A DNA stretch of 63,953 nucleotides, filler included, from Porpidia crustulata (taxonomy: Eukaryota): assembly GCA_964255105.1 (NCBI GenBank). It is 3 parts of 3 records of this genome, joined end to end, with 100 filler letters (N's around TTAATTAATTAA, not from the genome) between each part and the next. Parts side by side here need not be neighbours in the genome. Positions count along the whole stretch, not along the records: positions 1 to 21,852 come from CAXUWE010000095.1; 2 more parts are not named here. The stretch is one strand, 5' to 3'. The notes beneath the pieces are model-generated. The model was not told the origin of the DNA. It ran no database searches and worked only from the letters and a program-made list of their open reading frames with translations. Shown here one piece after another: positions 1 to 16,700 of this stretch. Within the stretch, counting starts at the first letter, position 1; each line of letters opens with the position of its first letter. The position numbers and the translations under genes are program-made.

Positions 1-200
1 CCGCTGTTTGAAAACAAAGCTAGACCCTGGTATCATCATACACCACCCCACCCCTTCCCCATCCCACCGCTCTACCTCACAACGCGGTCGATGCTGCCGA
101 TAATCCTCAGTCTACGTGATGAGTCTTTCCCGCTGCACCAATCAATCCCTATCCATTCCTAAGCCGTTGAGCACATCAAGTCTTACTGTACCTCACTGCC

Positions 201-3260
<3,060 letters not shown>

Positions 3261-3338
3261 ATTGGTGTTGTATAGTACAAGTAGTATGTAGAAGCAACGA
3301 GGTTGACTCGACGAGCTTTAGCGACTTGCTCAGGTTCG

Positions 3339-3365
3339 ACGCGTCTGAGTGACGCGTTCACGCGT
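3339..3365. promoter_or_regulatory. Three MluI cell-cycle boxes (MCB, ACGCGT) upstream of MCM6
   Basis: ACGCGT at 3339-3344, 3352-3357 and 3360-3365, 80-105 nt upstream of the MCM6 ATG. Confidence 0.8.
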
Positions 3366-3703
3366 AAAGTGGTTTTGTAGTTTCCCTACAAGCTATTCTT
3401 TGCCAAAAGTCATTGCAGCACTTGAGTAACACTCTTTTTGAAAATGCTGTAATGACTTTTGGCATGCCCTGGTGCTGGGACTATAGAGATAGTCTTGATT
3501 CATTGAAAGCTATTCTAACGATATTTAAGATACATAGCATCACGAGTATCCTGTTGGTCTTAACCATAGGCTTGCAGATTTCTGATCAGGGAGCATCCGT
3601 GAATGATATATGTGCTCGTTAAATCGGAGGTAAATATCAAGTATTGAATAAGCTGATCGATGTTTGAAGAATAGAGAAACGGTCGATATTTCAACCCAGA
3701 GGA

Positions 3704-6700
3704 TCAAAGGATTGGAGGGATGATGGAATCGAACTCATGTTCGTCATCCACCATGATAAAGGGCTTCCGATCCTCTCCAGTCTGTACCGGTCCGAACAAC
3801 CTCATCAAGTCGGTCAAAGAAAGCTTATCCAACATCTGACTGCTATCAATTGCCGCCCCGATTGCTACCTCTTTAGAATCTTGCATCGCCTGCAATTTTT
3901 CATCAACGGTATTCTTGACAACCAGGCGGGTTATGAAGGTCTCGGACTCTTGGCCAATACGATAGATACGGCAGAATGCTATGTTCAATCAGTTAGAAAC
4001 AAACGCTTAAAGAAATCCTGCCTTCATCAGGTCGTGATACCTTGTTGCTCAACGCTACTATTCCACCATAAATCAACGCATATGACGCGAGATGCCATGG
4101 TAAGATTGAGGCCAACGCCGCCACACTTGAGGGAGGCAATCATTATTTTTGTATCTTCGTCGTCGCGAAAGGAGTTTATGGCGTTGTCTCGAGCTTCGTG
4201 GGTCATTTTACCGTGATACTGCATCTCATTAGACTGATGAGATTGGAGGAGATTAGAAACCTACGTTTACGAATTTCCATCCTCGCTCTCGAAACACACG
4301 TCCGAGTACTTTCATTCTGCCCAAATTAGCTTCGAAAGACATGACGGCAAGCTGAGAACTCACAGCATATGAAATTGACTAAATACGATAATCTTCTTAT
4401 CTGGCTCTGTTTCCAGCCACAGCTCCATCTGTGCCTGTACTGCTGCTGTCTTCGTAGATGGAAGCACTGTACCTTGAAAATCGATCCATTTAAGCTCTTG
4501 TTCAGGATCTTTCCGAGTTCGTGTCTGACTTCCTTCTGAGGAATCTATTCCGCTTCCCTCAGCATCCATCTGCAATTCTTTCAGTCCATCGCAAGGATTG
4601 GACTCCGAGTAAATACTCCCGCAATCTAGACAGGCGGCTTTCTCCTGATCCCGCCTCGCTGCTTCGTAAGCAAGCGCGTTCAGGCACTCTTTGCAGTAGA
4701 CATGCAGGCAGCTGGTCACCCATGGTTCATCTGGCGGATCCCGACATTTATGGCACAAGCTCCTATTCTTTAAATCTTCCCATTTCTGGCTCTGCGCTAG
4801 ATCGCGGAGAAAGCGCCGAAATTTAAAAACTAAAGTTCCAGGCTGGTTGATATACGATTCAACAGGTGGGTCATCAGCAAGGATGGCGGGTTGATCATTT
4901 TCGACTGGATTTTCTTTCTCTACGATCATCTTTTTCATAGTAGTGAGCATGTTTCGGGCCGGATTGTCATCCGCTGTGACTTCTGCGGCGGTCAGCGCCC
5001 AAAGCTTTTCTACGTCCTCGAGCTGAAAAAGATCCTCAATGATCTTCTGCAGCATGAAGGGATGAGCGGTCAGCTGCTGAAGACGCAGAAGCATCGTCAG
5101 AACATTGCCATAGGATTTTTCTAATACGCCTTCGCGAGAACTCCTAAAGTTCATTAGTCAATCAAGAGTCGTTTGAAAAATAAACAACGAGTGCTCGCCT
5201 ATTGATCCGATTGATGTATCGATTTCGCACTGCCTCGTATACAGCTCGCTCCACCGGATTGAACTCCAATTCAATGGTTCTCTGCGTCGTCTTGGGCATT
5301 TTGATAAGTGCACGGCCGAACAAAGTGTTTTGATGTGTTCGACGTATCATAAACTGTCTCAGAAAAGAATGCAATCGCTGATTGGCGTCTTCGTTGTCGG
5401 GATCTGCAAAATTCTCCTTGAACACCTCAAAACTACCCGTATGCGGAACACGGAGAAACTTAAAGAACGGAAAAAATTCGTCGATTCTGTTCTGAATTGG
5501 CGTACCCGAAATGGCCCAGCGGTGCTTGCCCATCAGCCCCCGACATGCGACTGATATCTGAGAGAGATGATTCTTGATGATCTGAGCTTCATCAAGCACA
5601 ATTCGATGAAAATGAACACGATGTAAGATGGCTCGATTTTTCTCATATGCTTGTGCCCACCATGCCTCTTTCTCTTTGAGAAGCATCATTTCCTTCGGAG
5701 GCTGAAACCTGGGGTATGATTTAAGGACTTCTTGATAGGATGTGATTACCACATCAGCCTTCTGAACCCTGTCCTCGGCATCTCCATATATCCTCGAAAA
5801 CTCCCTTGCATGATATTTCAAAACGTTTGGGAAAACCCCAGACTCGGTATGCTTTCTAATTTCGCTCTCCCATTGTGTAATCAAAGCAGGCGTACAAACG
5901 ATTAACGTGCATCGAGATGTTGAACCCATCGATGAATTGGAAATCATGCATGCAATCGTCATTAGAGTTTTCCCAAGACCCATCCCGTCCGCTTGCAGTC
6001 CACCTAATGGCTCAACACCTCCGGTCTCTCGCTCTTTCATCCATGCGGCACCTTGAATTTGATGGTTATGCAAAGAGACTTTCATTCCCGGGAACTTCCA
6101 CCCCCCTTTACCGTCAGCCTTCACTTTTCGGCTCAACATTCTTGTGGCTCGAAGAACATGTTGTTTCTCCGCCCGGGCTGTCCTTAGGTCTTCTAGCGGA
6201 ACGCTGGCTAAAAGCGACTTGAGTGCCTTTTCCTTATTAAGTGTGTCCATAGGTGCAATCGGCGGCCTATTCAGGTTTGCATTTGCTTCCTCGTAAATAT
6301 TGCCACTGAAGAGACTACCGAAGTTGTTGAGATATCCTTCATCTGTCGGCTTTGGCTTCTTTGACTTACTCTTGCTCTTCTTGATTGATGATTTCTTCGG
6401 TTTTGAACGTGGAGTGCCTTTGGTCTGGTTTGGCTTACCTTTACGATCATTTTTAGGCACTCTTGGCTTTCTTCCAGCTTTCTTTCCATCTTTGGCCAGC
6501 TCCTTTTCTATACCAGCCATCATGCTAGTCTGTAAGTCTTTCTCCAGCTCCATGCGTTTTTGTTTCTTACTTTGTGGCCCACGGATACTGTAGGCATCTG
6601 GATTGGAATCGTTTGCATCCGACTCTACGATGATCACATTGTTGTCGTTGTTGGATTTATCGCTTTCCAAAGTTGCGTTATGTGGACGTTTCAGTGCTGG

Positions 6701-7905
6701 GGGCGGCGATTGTCTAACAAACAGCTCGTCTTCAGATGGAATTTCCTGCACGTCGCTATATCTGTGAGCCAGATACAACGTCAAGATTTTTGGGAGATGT
6801 ACCTGTAAACCGGACCACAAGCGTGATGATAATCATCTTCTAGTCTTTTCAATCTCGAATTTTCCATACTCTCTGCTTTCATGAACAAAACGTCATCTTC
6901 AAAGCTAATGCAGCCAGCTCGCTTTTTGCGATTGTAGGCTCTCTTTATTTCCGCAAATTTAGCCGCGGCATCAGCGTCCTCGTTCGGATCCACGCTGTTA
7001 TTCATCCACGCCAACTCGTCATCGACAATATCTGTAGACGACATTGTGTTCTGTGCAGAACCGTTCGCTGACGAGCCCTGAAGATTTTTAAAAATTCCTT
7101 CTGCCTCAATAACACCCTTTTTACCAAGAGCTCTCTCGGCACACATCTTCTGCATATGCAGTAACTTAGCATGGTCAGGGATTCGTTTACTCTTGATATT
7201 CGGAATGCGTAACATTGATTTGTGATTCAGAGCTGGTTGCATCGTTTGAGATAAGGCTCCATGATGTGTGGTAATATCAGCATCACCCTCGGTCGAAGGC
7301 TGCTCTTTGGCCATTCCTCCCTCAAATTCCGACAGCTCAATTACATCGCGTTCCACGTCAGCCCATATCCACGCTCCGTCATCTTCTTGCTTTACAGGAG
7401 TCACAAGTGCTGGTTGAGGCTGATTGTCTTCCATCTCCCCATCAGAGTCAACGAGGTCGATGTATTCCTCCGCCATATTTGTCCATGAAAAGTCTGTTAT
7501 TGGCTCTGTCTTAACGGTGGCAAAATTTTCGCTACTAGGGATAATAACTTCTTGATCTTCAGCTTTGACGAAAGCAGTCGGGCTACTGTCGTTCACCGTT
7601 GGAGGTTGACTCTCAAATTCAGGTGCATCTAGGTCAATTATCACAACGTTTTCGGGAATTCTAGACAATCGCCGACCCGTTTCGACAATGTCAGGCTCCT
7701 TAATCGGCTGCGAAAACGGTTCTTGGCATTGTCGTCCTGACTGCTGTGTTATCTCAATGGGAAGGTCTTCGTCAAGATCAACCAACGGAAGACCTGGATT
7801 GTCGTCTGGGAACTGGGTACCCAAGAGGTCTTCAAATCCATCGTTATCATCGAGCAGAAAGAAAGCGGATGAATCCACGTGTGAGTTTCCATGTCCGGTG
7901 GCCAT
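3704..7905 (-). CDS. SNF2-family ATPase/helicase with inserted RING finger (Rad5/Rad16/Uls1-like group), multi-exon; start uncertain
   Basis: ADGMGLGKT (motif I), VLDEAQIIKN (motif II), WAISGTPIQN, RING CHKC...CLHVYCKEC...CLDC, HELICc SLKCGGVGLNL, DLWWN and AFCRIYRIGQ. Long acidic N-terminus with VVIIDLD/YIDLVD/VIELSE SIM-like motifs. Confidence 0.9.
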
Positions 7906-10091
7906 GACGTGCAAAGCTGAGTCAAGGCAAGCTTGCTACTGTTGAGGGTAAAGTGGACTAATATTCCAGCAGCGATTCAGCAGACAGAGTGTATTACGAT
8001 GGTATTTTCAGCTGTCTTTTGAGCGTGAGATAAAGTCGAGTAAGCAACAGCCTAAAGATTGTTTGCGCAAAGGGTACTGAGTTGGTTTTGCTGTGGATGG
8101 AGAAGCGTTTTGTAGCGCAAGTATAAATAGTGACGAATTCAAGGTGGGATTGATGGTGTGCAGATAAAATAGAAATTTGTGAGAGGTGCGGATATCCAAT
8201 GAAAGATTGCAACATTTGCACCGCTTACGACATCTGCAGGAGAGATGAATTATCAGCTTAGCAGTTGAGGAAAGTTGTACGGAATAATGTAGGAAGGATG
8301 GAGTATCACTTTGAGAGTTGAAAAGAGATGCACAAAGTATTTTAGGTACGATGATTTAGCTCAGGAATCGAAGTCAGCGTAAAGTGAGATGTAAGACAAA
8401 GTTGGACCGAGTGAAAGGAGAAGATGAGAGGGGATGGCTCGGTCACTTGTGTGACTAAATCGAAATCGGATTAAAAGAAGAATATAGCAAGACGGGTGGA
8501 ATCGAAGAAACTTACTAGAGGGATAGTGAATGATTCATCCAACCAAAGAGAGGTTGTTTCAAGGCTGAGACGATGCTAAGTTGATGGAAATACAACAGCC
8601 CAGTGAAATTGAAAGGAGGATGTAATTCAGTTCAGGAAAGTAGGGCAAAGTCTAATGTTTGAAAGTGGACATTGCCATTCAGGTGGACGTTTTGTGGAAT
8701 TCGAACGAAGTTGTTTGGCAGGATGGAGTATTGTACCGTATTAAATAGGTATCATACTTCTGGAATGGTATATGTCAACGTTTTCAAGTAGGCAGACCTA
8801 AAGAGGTTCTGAAGCGAGTCAAACAGATGATTCCGTATTTTGACATAGTTGTTGGGAAGATGGAATTTTCGCTTCGAGTGGGCGTTTTATCGGCGTCGTG
8901 GACGTGTCGGCTATTAATAGAAATTTGAAAGAAGGAGGAGGAGGAGGTCAATGAGTATGTATCTGAACAATGACGAAAGAGTAAAATCCAATATGTCCCC
9001 ACATTTCTATTTCGGAATCAGCATTTGTCAACCTCGTGGTGGGCATCAGGAGAATTTGATGAAGACTCGATCGTACCTGTATAATAGAAGACGAAGAAGA
9101 CAGGAGATCAGTAGAGATTTAGACCCAAACCCTACCTAATACGTGAAAAGTCAAGCCTCGAGAAATCCCCCCTCAGATTCAACGTTGAAGCATTAAACCC
9201 TTAGAAACGACAATCAATGCAACCAATCTCGAACTCAAGTAGATCAATTGAGGGAAGATCGCTATCATCGTCTTCGTCGTCAGTTCAGCGAAAACATTCA
9301 CACATGTCGAGCGCGAGAGACCTCGGAAATGTCAAAGGTCAGACTGATCGAAAACCCGGGAGAAAGACCAACGCAGCAGACACAGGAACCTCGAGGTGTC
9401 CCTATAAACCGTCAAGACTCAACGACCAAGATCCACGCAAAGTCAAAACTATCCAGTCTCGCTATCAAAAGCTCCGAGGCCTCGACATGTCGGCACGCAG
9501 CAGCGTGGAAAATACCGCTACCCTCAGTCCTCCCTGCATGGCTTTCCCTTCCATGTCCTCAAGTCCATCGAGTTGGTCGGCCTCATTTCTCAAACGCATG
9601 TGTTAGAGGTTATAATTCGTTATGGAGCCGTGAAAATCTCGTAGCACGAGTAAATATTCGTGCAGATCGTGAGAGTTTAATTTTTTTGTAGTTTGTACCA
9701 AAGTAGGAACGCACCTCTCGCTCACAAGTGACAAATGAAAAGGAGTATCAGAGATTACAAATATCTACAGGATGAGCAAAATGGGAGTCCAGATACACGC
9801 CTGACAGAGCGCCGTTAAATGCCCGACATTAGCCGCCTGCACCACAGCGCCCGGAAGGAAATCTGATCGTCAAGAGTTGATAATCCCTCTTGCCCCTGGC
9901 GAATGGTCTTATTGTTGCCGGACTCGGTCGAATTCAGTGGTAGAGCCTTCCATAGTACCTGAGGATGTTTTGTGAGGGACACGTAGTTGTGTACCGTAGG
10001 AAATGTCGTTGGGTGGTCTTGGACAAATATTCCAATAACTGAAGAGGTTGCTAGATAAAGGAAAATGCCGAGATTCTGGGAACGGAAACGA

Positions 10092-12168
10092 TCAACCGCC
10101 CGAGGCTGTATTTGATGGGTAGTACCTGTGAACCATTAGATGGAGATGAAGGAGTCTGTGGATTGGATGACGAACCAAGCTGCGATGGCTATAATCATAT
10201 ACAATGTCATCAAAAGTACACCTTCCAGCCTGGAATTATGTCAGCCGGTTGCTGCAATGATGTTAAACCACGAAGCAATACTGACCAATTCGACTTCCCA
10301 TCTTGGATAAGATAGTTGACCAATAAGACGGCGACGAATAGTATTGCGATTTGGAACCCGTCAAACGCTAAATTCATGCTTTCGTTGCCGATGATCCAGC
10401 CCAGCACGACGACGAACGGAACGACGAGAAGGGCTATTTGCATACTGGAGCCGATTGCAACTCCAATGGCTAAATCCATTTTATCTTTGATGGCCACCGT
10501 GACGGCAGTTGCATGCTCGGCGGCGTTACCAACAATAGGTAAGAGAATAAGTCCAACAAATGTTCTTGATAGTTTCCCCGATCCATCAGGAGGGGAGATT
10601 TTGTTGATGGCCGAAGTCATAAACTCGGCGCAAATGCCAACAAAAGCGGTGGACACAGCCAGGGTCAATATCGCGACCCATATGCTTAATTGCGGGACTT
10701 CTTCGTCATCATCGTTTGAACTTTCAGAAGATGCCTCGTGCGCATCGTATGCAGCTGGAGATCCCCCATTGACCGTAGTCGTATCGCCTAACTTGGCCAT
10801 GCTCTTCTCCGGATCGCTATTCGCAGCCTTGTTTTTACCCTTTGTAACGGATCGTGTTTCGGTCTTTGGACTCGGCGCGTTATATATCGATGCGTGCGTC
10901 TTGAGCTGAAAGAAGAGATATGCGCCGTATGTGAGAAGTAGCAGAACGGCAGTCCCTCTGGAGAGACTGGTAATGTTTCTGTTTATTTCCGCGGCCGTGA
11001 CACCTAGAATGGATAAGGATTTGTGATCAGTAATCCACCACAATGTCCAGGAGTACTAATAAGAAAACGACCTACCTGGGTTGTTACCGACTGCCCACAA
11101 TTGGAACGCTGCAGGAATGATCAAGCTAGCAATCGCTAGAGATAGCAAGCTCGATGAAGTCTGGGCTACGGTGATGTTGAATTGCTGTTCAACGCGATTC
11201 ACTCCGCCCCCGAAAAAGGACATACCCATCACTAAAAGTAGGTTGGACAACATGCTACCAATTAACGACTCTTGAACGATATCGACTTGTCCTTGCACCA
11301 GAGCAATAATTGACACTATCAGCTCAACAGCGTTGCTATCATATGATCAGTTTTCGACGTAATCATGAGTGTTATCACATACCCGAATGTAGCATTAAGC
11401 AGACCGCCAAAGGTTTCCCCGGTGTGGTATGCAATCTCCTCTGTAGCGTAACTCAACATGGCTGCTAATGGAATGATGGCAATAAAATTAATAACGAATA
11501 TCGCAACTGGGCTGATGTGCGTGTAGTTAACGGCAATGCCAACGGGCACCATTATGAAAAGTACATTGATCCATGAGTTAAAAATCGTCGCCCTGATTTG
11601 GCTCATGGGCGTAAATGTTTGGCTGCCTTTCTTTGAGCTCGAAGTATTCTTTCGGTGAAGTTGGTCATCCTCGCTCTTTTTCTTTGTCAATTTGCTCAAC
11701 AAGTTAGACCTCTTTCTAGGCTTGCCATTGCCTTCTATTTGTCGTTCAGGAACCACTGTGGAGCCGCTGATTCCGGCTTTTGAATCCTGACTATTCTCAG
11801 TCGGATCTGGATTCGCGACGAGGTTCCTGGTTCCTGAAGTGTTTCCGCCATCCGCTGAGAGCGATGGCATTGTCTCTGCACGTCGTTGACCCGAAAATTC
11901 CCCTTCATTTTGAATCTGTCGATCTTGCTCCATAGATGTTTTGAAAGCAGCTTCTGAACGGTTGCTTGGACGCAAGCCACTCTCCTCATCGATAGCACCC
12001 AGGCTGTTCTTTTGATAGCTGCGTGATCTTGTCTTGACAAAGGGATTGTAATTAGGATGATTATCATTTCCGCTTTTCCAAGCCTGGTGTCGCGCCGCAG
12101 ATCGAATGGTATCTGCGCGAATTGTTGTCAGCTCTAGCTGAAGCCTGGGGTCCGAGTCACTTACGCAT
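10092..12168 (-). CDS. VCX1: Vacuolar Ca2+/H+ antiporter (CAX family, VCX1-like)
   Basis: [37 protein letters not shown] and [14 protein letters not shown] repeats. Spliced start ATG C|AT ACC (intron 12113-12164); spliced end ...[13 protein letters not shown]. Confidence 0.9.
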
Positions 12169-13416
12169 TCCGGGAGATATGAAGTTGAGTAGAGGAGTGG
12201 CGTGATTTCAGTAACTATAGATAATTGGTCTAATAGCTTCTTATCAGCCTTGTACCACATAACATGAGCAGGGCTTACTCACACCAAAGTAGAGAACCCT
12301 GGTCAGAAAAAGGCGACCGCAGGCAACCACGTAGTAGCGGTCAACGAAGAATCAAAGATGGCGATATCGATCGTAGCCGATGGTCGGAGCGATTGCGAAG
12401 AGGCGAATATTGTATTGGTATAACAGCCGACTGCTGTTATTTGAGGGGTGTGGCAACAGGGCTTGTTGATTGTGTACGCCTCTATCAAACTTGTTGTGGT
12501 CGGTGTTGTTGTCGTATGAAGAATGTGCGTGCGACAGAGTGCAACAAAGACTTCTGTGGCTGAAATATAGAGTTAGGGAGGAGTGTGGCGGCTGCACAGC
12601 CCAGGTCATAGGGGGCGGCCTGGGAAGAGGGAAATGCTCACTCTGCCCGGTCACCCGATGACCTCACTTCCTCTTTGCGAGACCTGTTCTTGACTGGGAT
12701 CTCTAGGTAATGTCTGCCTGACTGATTAAGCTTGAATGCTCGGAAAGGCACAGCCTAATATTCGGTAGAATAATTAGAGGGGTTCCTGAGCAGTTCCGTA
12801 AGTTTTTGAATTGCGTTGTCTTTTGCGGGAGGACGTGCTGTACAAGTACTGAATCAATGTAAGGCCAGCAACTAGATATGTTTATCGCGTCAGGGGCAAT
12901 CGTCTTCACCCCGTCTGTACGGTTCCGTAGAAGTAGTAAACAGGATTTGTTTGATGAATTACCCTTCCTAATTCCTCTAGAGTCTTGGCTGCTTGGCCAG
13001 CAAATCAAACCATTTTCAGTAATAAAACCAGGAATGCGTCACGGCGTCAACAGGAGTGGCACTGGATATATTAATTATTTACTCATGTATGCGTGAAGCG
13101 ACTCAAGATGATTGAATAGGTATTAACCAGAAATTTATAGAACATAGGAATTACCACGAAACGTATCACTATGAATCTGGGGCTGCGAATCGCAAGTCAC
13201 GCTCTACGTCATGATCCCAGTATGCTACACCACGGTGGTGTGTGCTGTCCGTGCCTCATTCATCTATTGGAGGGCCCGATTTACTTCATAAGCCGCATAC
13301 GCTTACCCGAAGTGCTTGGACTTCCCGCAGCCTGTGGCGCCCCGACCCCCCGCCCCGCTATACTCAATCCAGAGCAGGACCTAATCCGATCACCCTAATA
13401 CTTCGCCATGTAATGC

Positions 13417-13423
13417 TGAGTCA
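13417..13423. promoter_or_regulatory. TGAGTCA (Gcn4/CpcA-type bZIP site) upstream of IML1
   Basis: Single exact 7-mer about 300 nt upstream of the IML1 ATG. A single site can arise by chance. Confidence 0.3.
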
Positions 13424-13716
13424 CGTCGAGTGACAGACACTCAATGAGTACCGTTGCTCCAATCGTCATTTAAGTATATCAACAAGAAATAGAATCTTAC
13501 CCTCGTAATCCACATTCAAGCTACCTACCAATGCTGTTAATCGTGAATGGCTATACTGTACTTCTAGCTGCGTCCATGTTCATACCTGAGGATCTTCTGA
13601 GTATTTATTGACATTTAATTGGGATAAGAAGCTCAGAGATTGGGGCAATACCAACCGATATCGTCTGGCCTTCGTCCAGTCAAGACAGGAACAAGCAGAG
13701 GATTTCGTAGATTAAC

Positions 13717-16700
13717 ATGCCGTCAGGAGCTGCTACTAGCGATGAGGTACCCGGGAGTTCACCAAAGTTGGACAAGGTATCACCATTGCCAATACGGCGG
13801 ATGTGTTCATTGTCCCTACATGATGCAAACTCTTCTGCGGAAGAGATACTGGTGAATGAATCGTTGTTTCCCGCGCATACCATTCGCGTTGGAGATATCA
13901 TGCAGATTGTGCCCGTGGAGAGTCAGGGATGGAACAAGACGGCAAGTGAGGCTGGAGAAGATGATGGAAATACCCAAACATTGGACGGCTTAAATAGATA
14001 CGATCATCTGCTTTGCTCAGAAAGGTGCACTATATTCATATTCAAGAGTATCAGCCAGGAAATGCTTTCCAGGCAGCCAAACTTACAAGTCAGTCGCACT
14101 GGCCAACCTTGTTCGCCCCACGGCTAAGTAGTAATACTGGTGGTGCAGGTCTCTGTTTCCCCGCAATATGCCATGGCCTCCGGGCTTAAGAATCATAACC
14201 AAGTCATAGTCTCAACTGTGGGTGAAGTCTTGTATCAGATGGCTAGCTGTTTCCGGTGATCTTGGGATTTCCACTGACCGTCTTACGGCAGGTAAATCAA
14301 TACGACCACTATGCGTCTCATGTCGAAATTACATTTCGAGATGAGTATCTTGCCCGTGCAGATATGTGGCGGCTAGTCGTTGCTGAACTAGCCAACAAGT
14401 GCATCACCAAAGGCCAAAGAATTGTTTTCATGGGCACTATCAAGGCACAAATAAAGACTTTATTTGTGCATGGCAAAAAAGTTCGATCTGCATTTTTCAA
14501 TGCGTCTACCAAACCGATACTTCGTAGCGAGTCTGCGCGTTACGTACTTTTCATTCAGATGTCCAAGGAAATGTGGGACTTCGACGCCGATGGCACGGGC
14601 GAGATCATGTTTAGTAAGGTTATAAATGGCTTCCTCCCTGAACTTTTCAAACGCTGGAGACAAATCAAAGTACGACACCTCGTTACCATCGTCCTGTTTA
14701 CTAGGTTAGAATTCTACAGAGGCCTAGCTGAAGGCTCGTCACATCACGACTTGGATCCAAACCATCCGGACGTGCAACCTACGCCTCAAGATGGCTCTCA
14801 TAAGGATTTTTACCGCGTTGTGGTCAGTGATATGCCGAGTGTCGAAAGATCCGACATCCTCTCTCAATTAAAATTGGAGTTCAAGGTATTTTTAAAAGAT
14901 GTTCTGGTCCGAAAACCAGGGCCGCAAGATCATATATCACTCGGGACTGGACTTGCAGCAGCATTAGGGGATCTCCCGGACTATGTTATAGCTGGACGCC
15001 CTTCTGCCGCAACGCGAGGGAACATACTTGAAGCCATAAATCTAGCATCCCTACATTTCTCTTCCGATTACATTGATCGAGATCTTGTCAGAACGGGAGT
15101 ATCAATCGCCATCGTGACACCTGGTACAGGCTTATTTGAAGTAGACTACGATTTACTCGTCAGGACCACCGATAACGTGGCCGAAAATGGGATTGGCATT
15201 GACCTAGTCTGCTTGTCGCGGATGCCATTGCACTCTGTTCCTTTGTTCAAATACCAAGGACATGGGCTAGACGTGGGAAAAACAACGCATCACCTTTACT
15301 ACGACTGTCGTGCGTCCGAAGACAATGCTGAGGGCTCGTTTGCCAGCGTAGAACCTCATAGTCCCCGAGGCAATGTGATTGTGGACGAAAGTAGTCATCT
15401 GATGGACATTGAAGATCCGCTACATTCAGCCTCAAGTCGATGGCTCTATGCCATTCCACATTGGGTTGATGTGTCTTTCTGGGCATCTAATTTAGAGCAA
15501 GACCTTAGTCTCGGAGCTCAGGCCACTAGATCTACTAGCCGATCGAAAGTGAAAGGATATCAAAAGGCTTTTGTGCCTAGAGTCCGGATGTATGAACTAC
15601 AGATGATGGGTGTGATGGAGAACGCCGCAACTGGCTTCTCCATCCCATTCTCATCACTGTCTACAAAAGCCACTTTGGATCAAACAAAAAGACACCCGGC
15701 TAATATTGTCTCAGAGTCTCAGATATCTCTCAGAAACCACTATCTCCGCTCTACTCCTCCGGGGAGGCATAAGATACCAATTAGCGTCCGACCGCAGGGG
15801 CTATCCGGTTCTACGGTATCGGGTGGTGCGGGAGCCAGGGGAAAAGTGGCTAATGTGACTCAAATAATGGATCAATACGACGAGAATATCTTTCAGCATC
15901 CAGACCGCAGCTCCAGAGCGGGAAAAAGGATCTCTCACCCGAGAGAAGCCTACCGTCCTCTACAGAGTTTCCAATCTCAAAACACAAGCCTCAGAACACC
16001 TATATCCTCGCCCAGCATTCATACTTCATCACCGGGAAAGGAGAAAATCTTGGCTGAGAGTGGTTCGTTTGGAACAAAATTTCAGGAGCAAGAGCTAACA
16101 AGAGCTGCGTCTACTAAAAGAGGAAGTATTGCGAGTACTACGTCCGCTTCGAAAAATTCCAACCTATTGACTGGTAGAATATCCAGGCAAATCAGCTTCG
16201 GACTTCGCGGGTTTGGTTCCATTCCGCCCAAAGCATTTGCTAGTACTGAGATCTCTTCGGAGCATGCAAGGTCGGGATCACTTCTGCCACGTGAACACCA
16301 GCCTGCCACAACGATGAGGGGTAGAAATAAGAATGCCTCTTTCCACAAACTGGTCTTGTCAGAGGCTCAAGAAGCGGCGAACAATAGTAGCTTCGATGAA
16401 CGCCTTGTAGAAAATGAAGAGGGCACAATTTCCGCTCACGAAACGCTTCACAAAACTTCTAGACCCATCCCGATCAGGAGACTTACGTCGATTCGTACCA
16501 CTAGAGATTCCGAAGTAACTAGTCCTCATAGAATTACAGATCTGACTCGCAGTGACCAGTTCCAAGAGCCATCTGAAGCTTTAGATCAATCTGATTTGCA
16601 AGATTCGGATCCATCATCGCAAAAATTGGCTTCTGAGCTTGAGAATGGTAAGGATTTGTTACCCGGTAATTGTTTCACGCCTTGGTTGACAATACTCAAT

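Noticed and set aside
9217..9691. Two overlapping + strand ORFs (129 and 147 aa)
   Set aside because: No recognisable motif or coherent splice model; likely UTR or intergenic.
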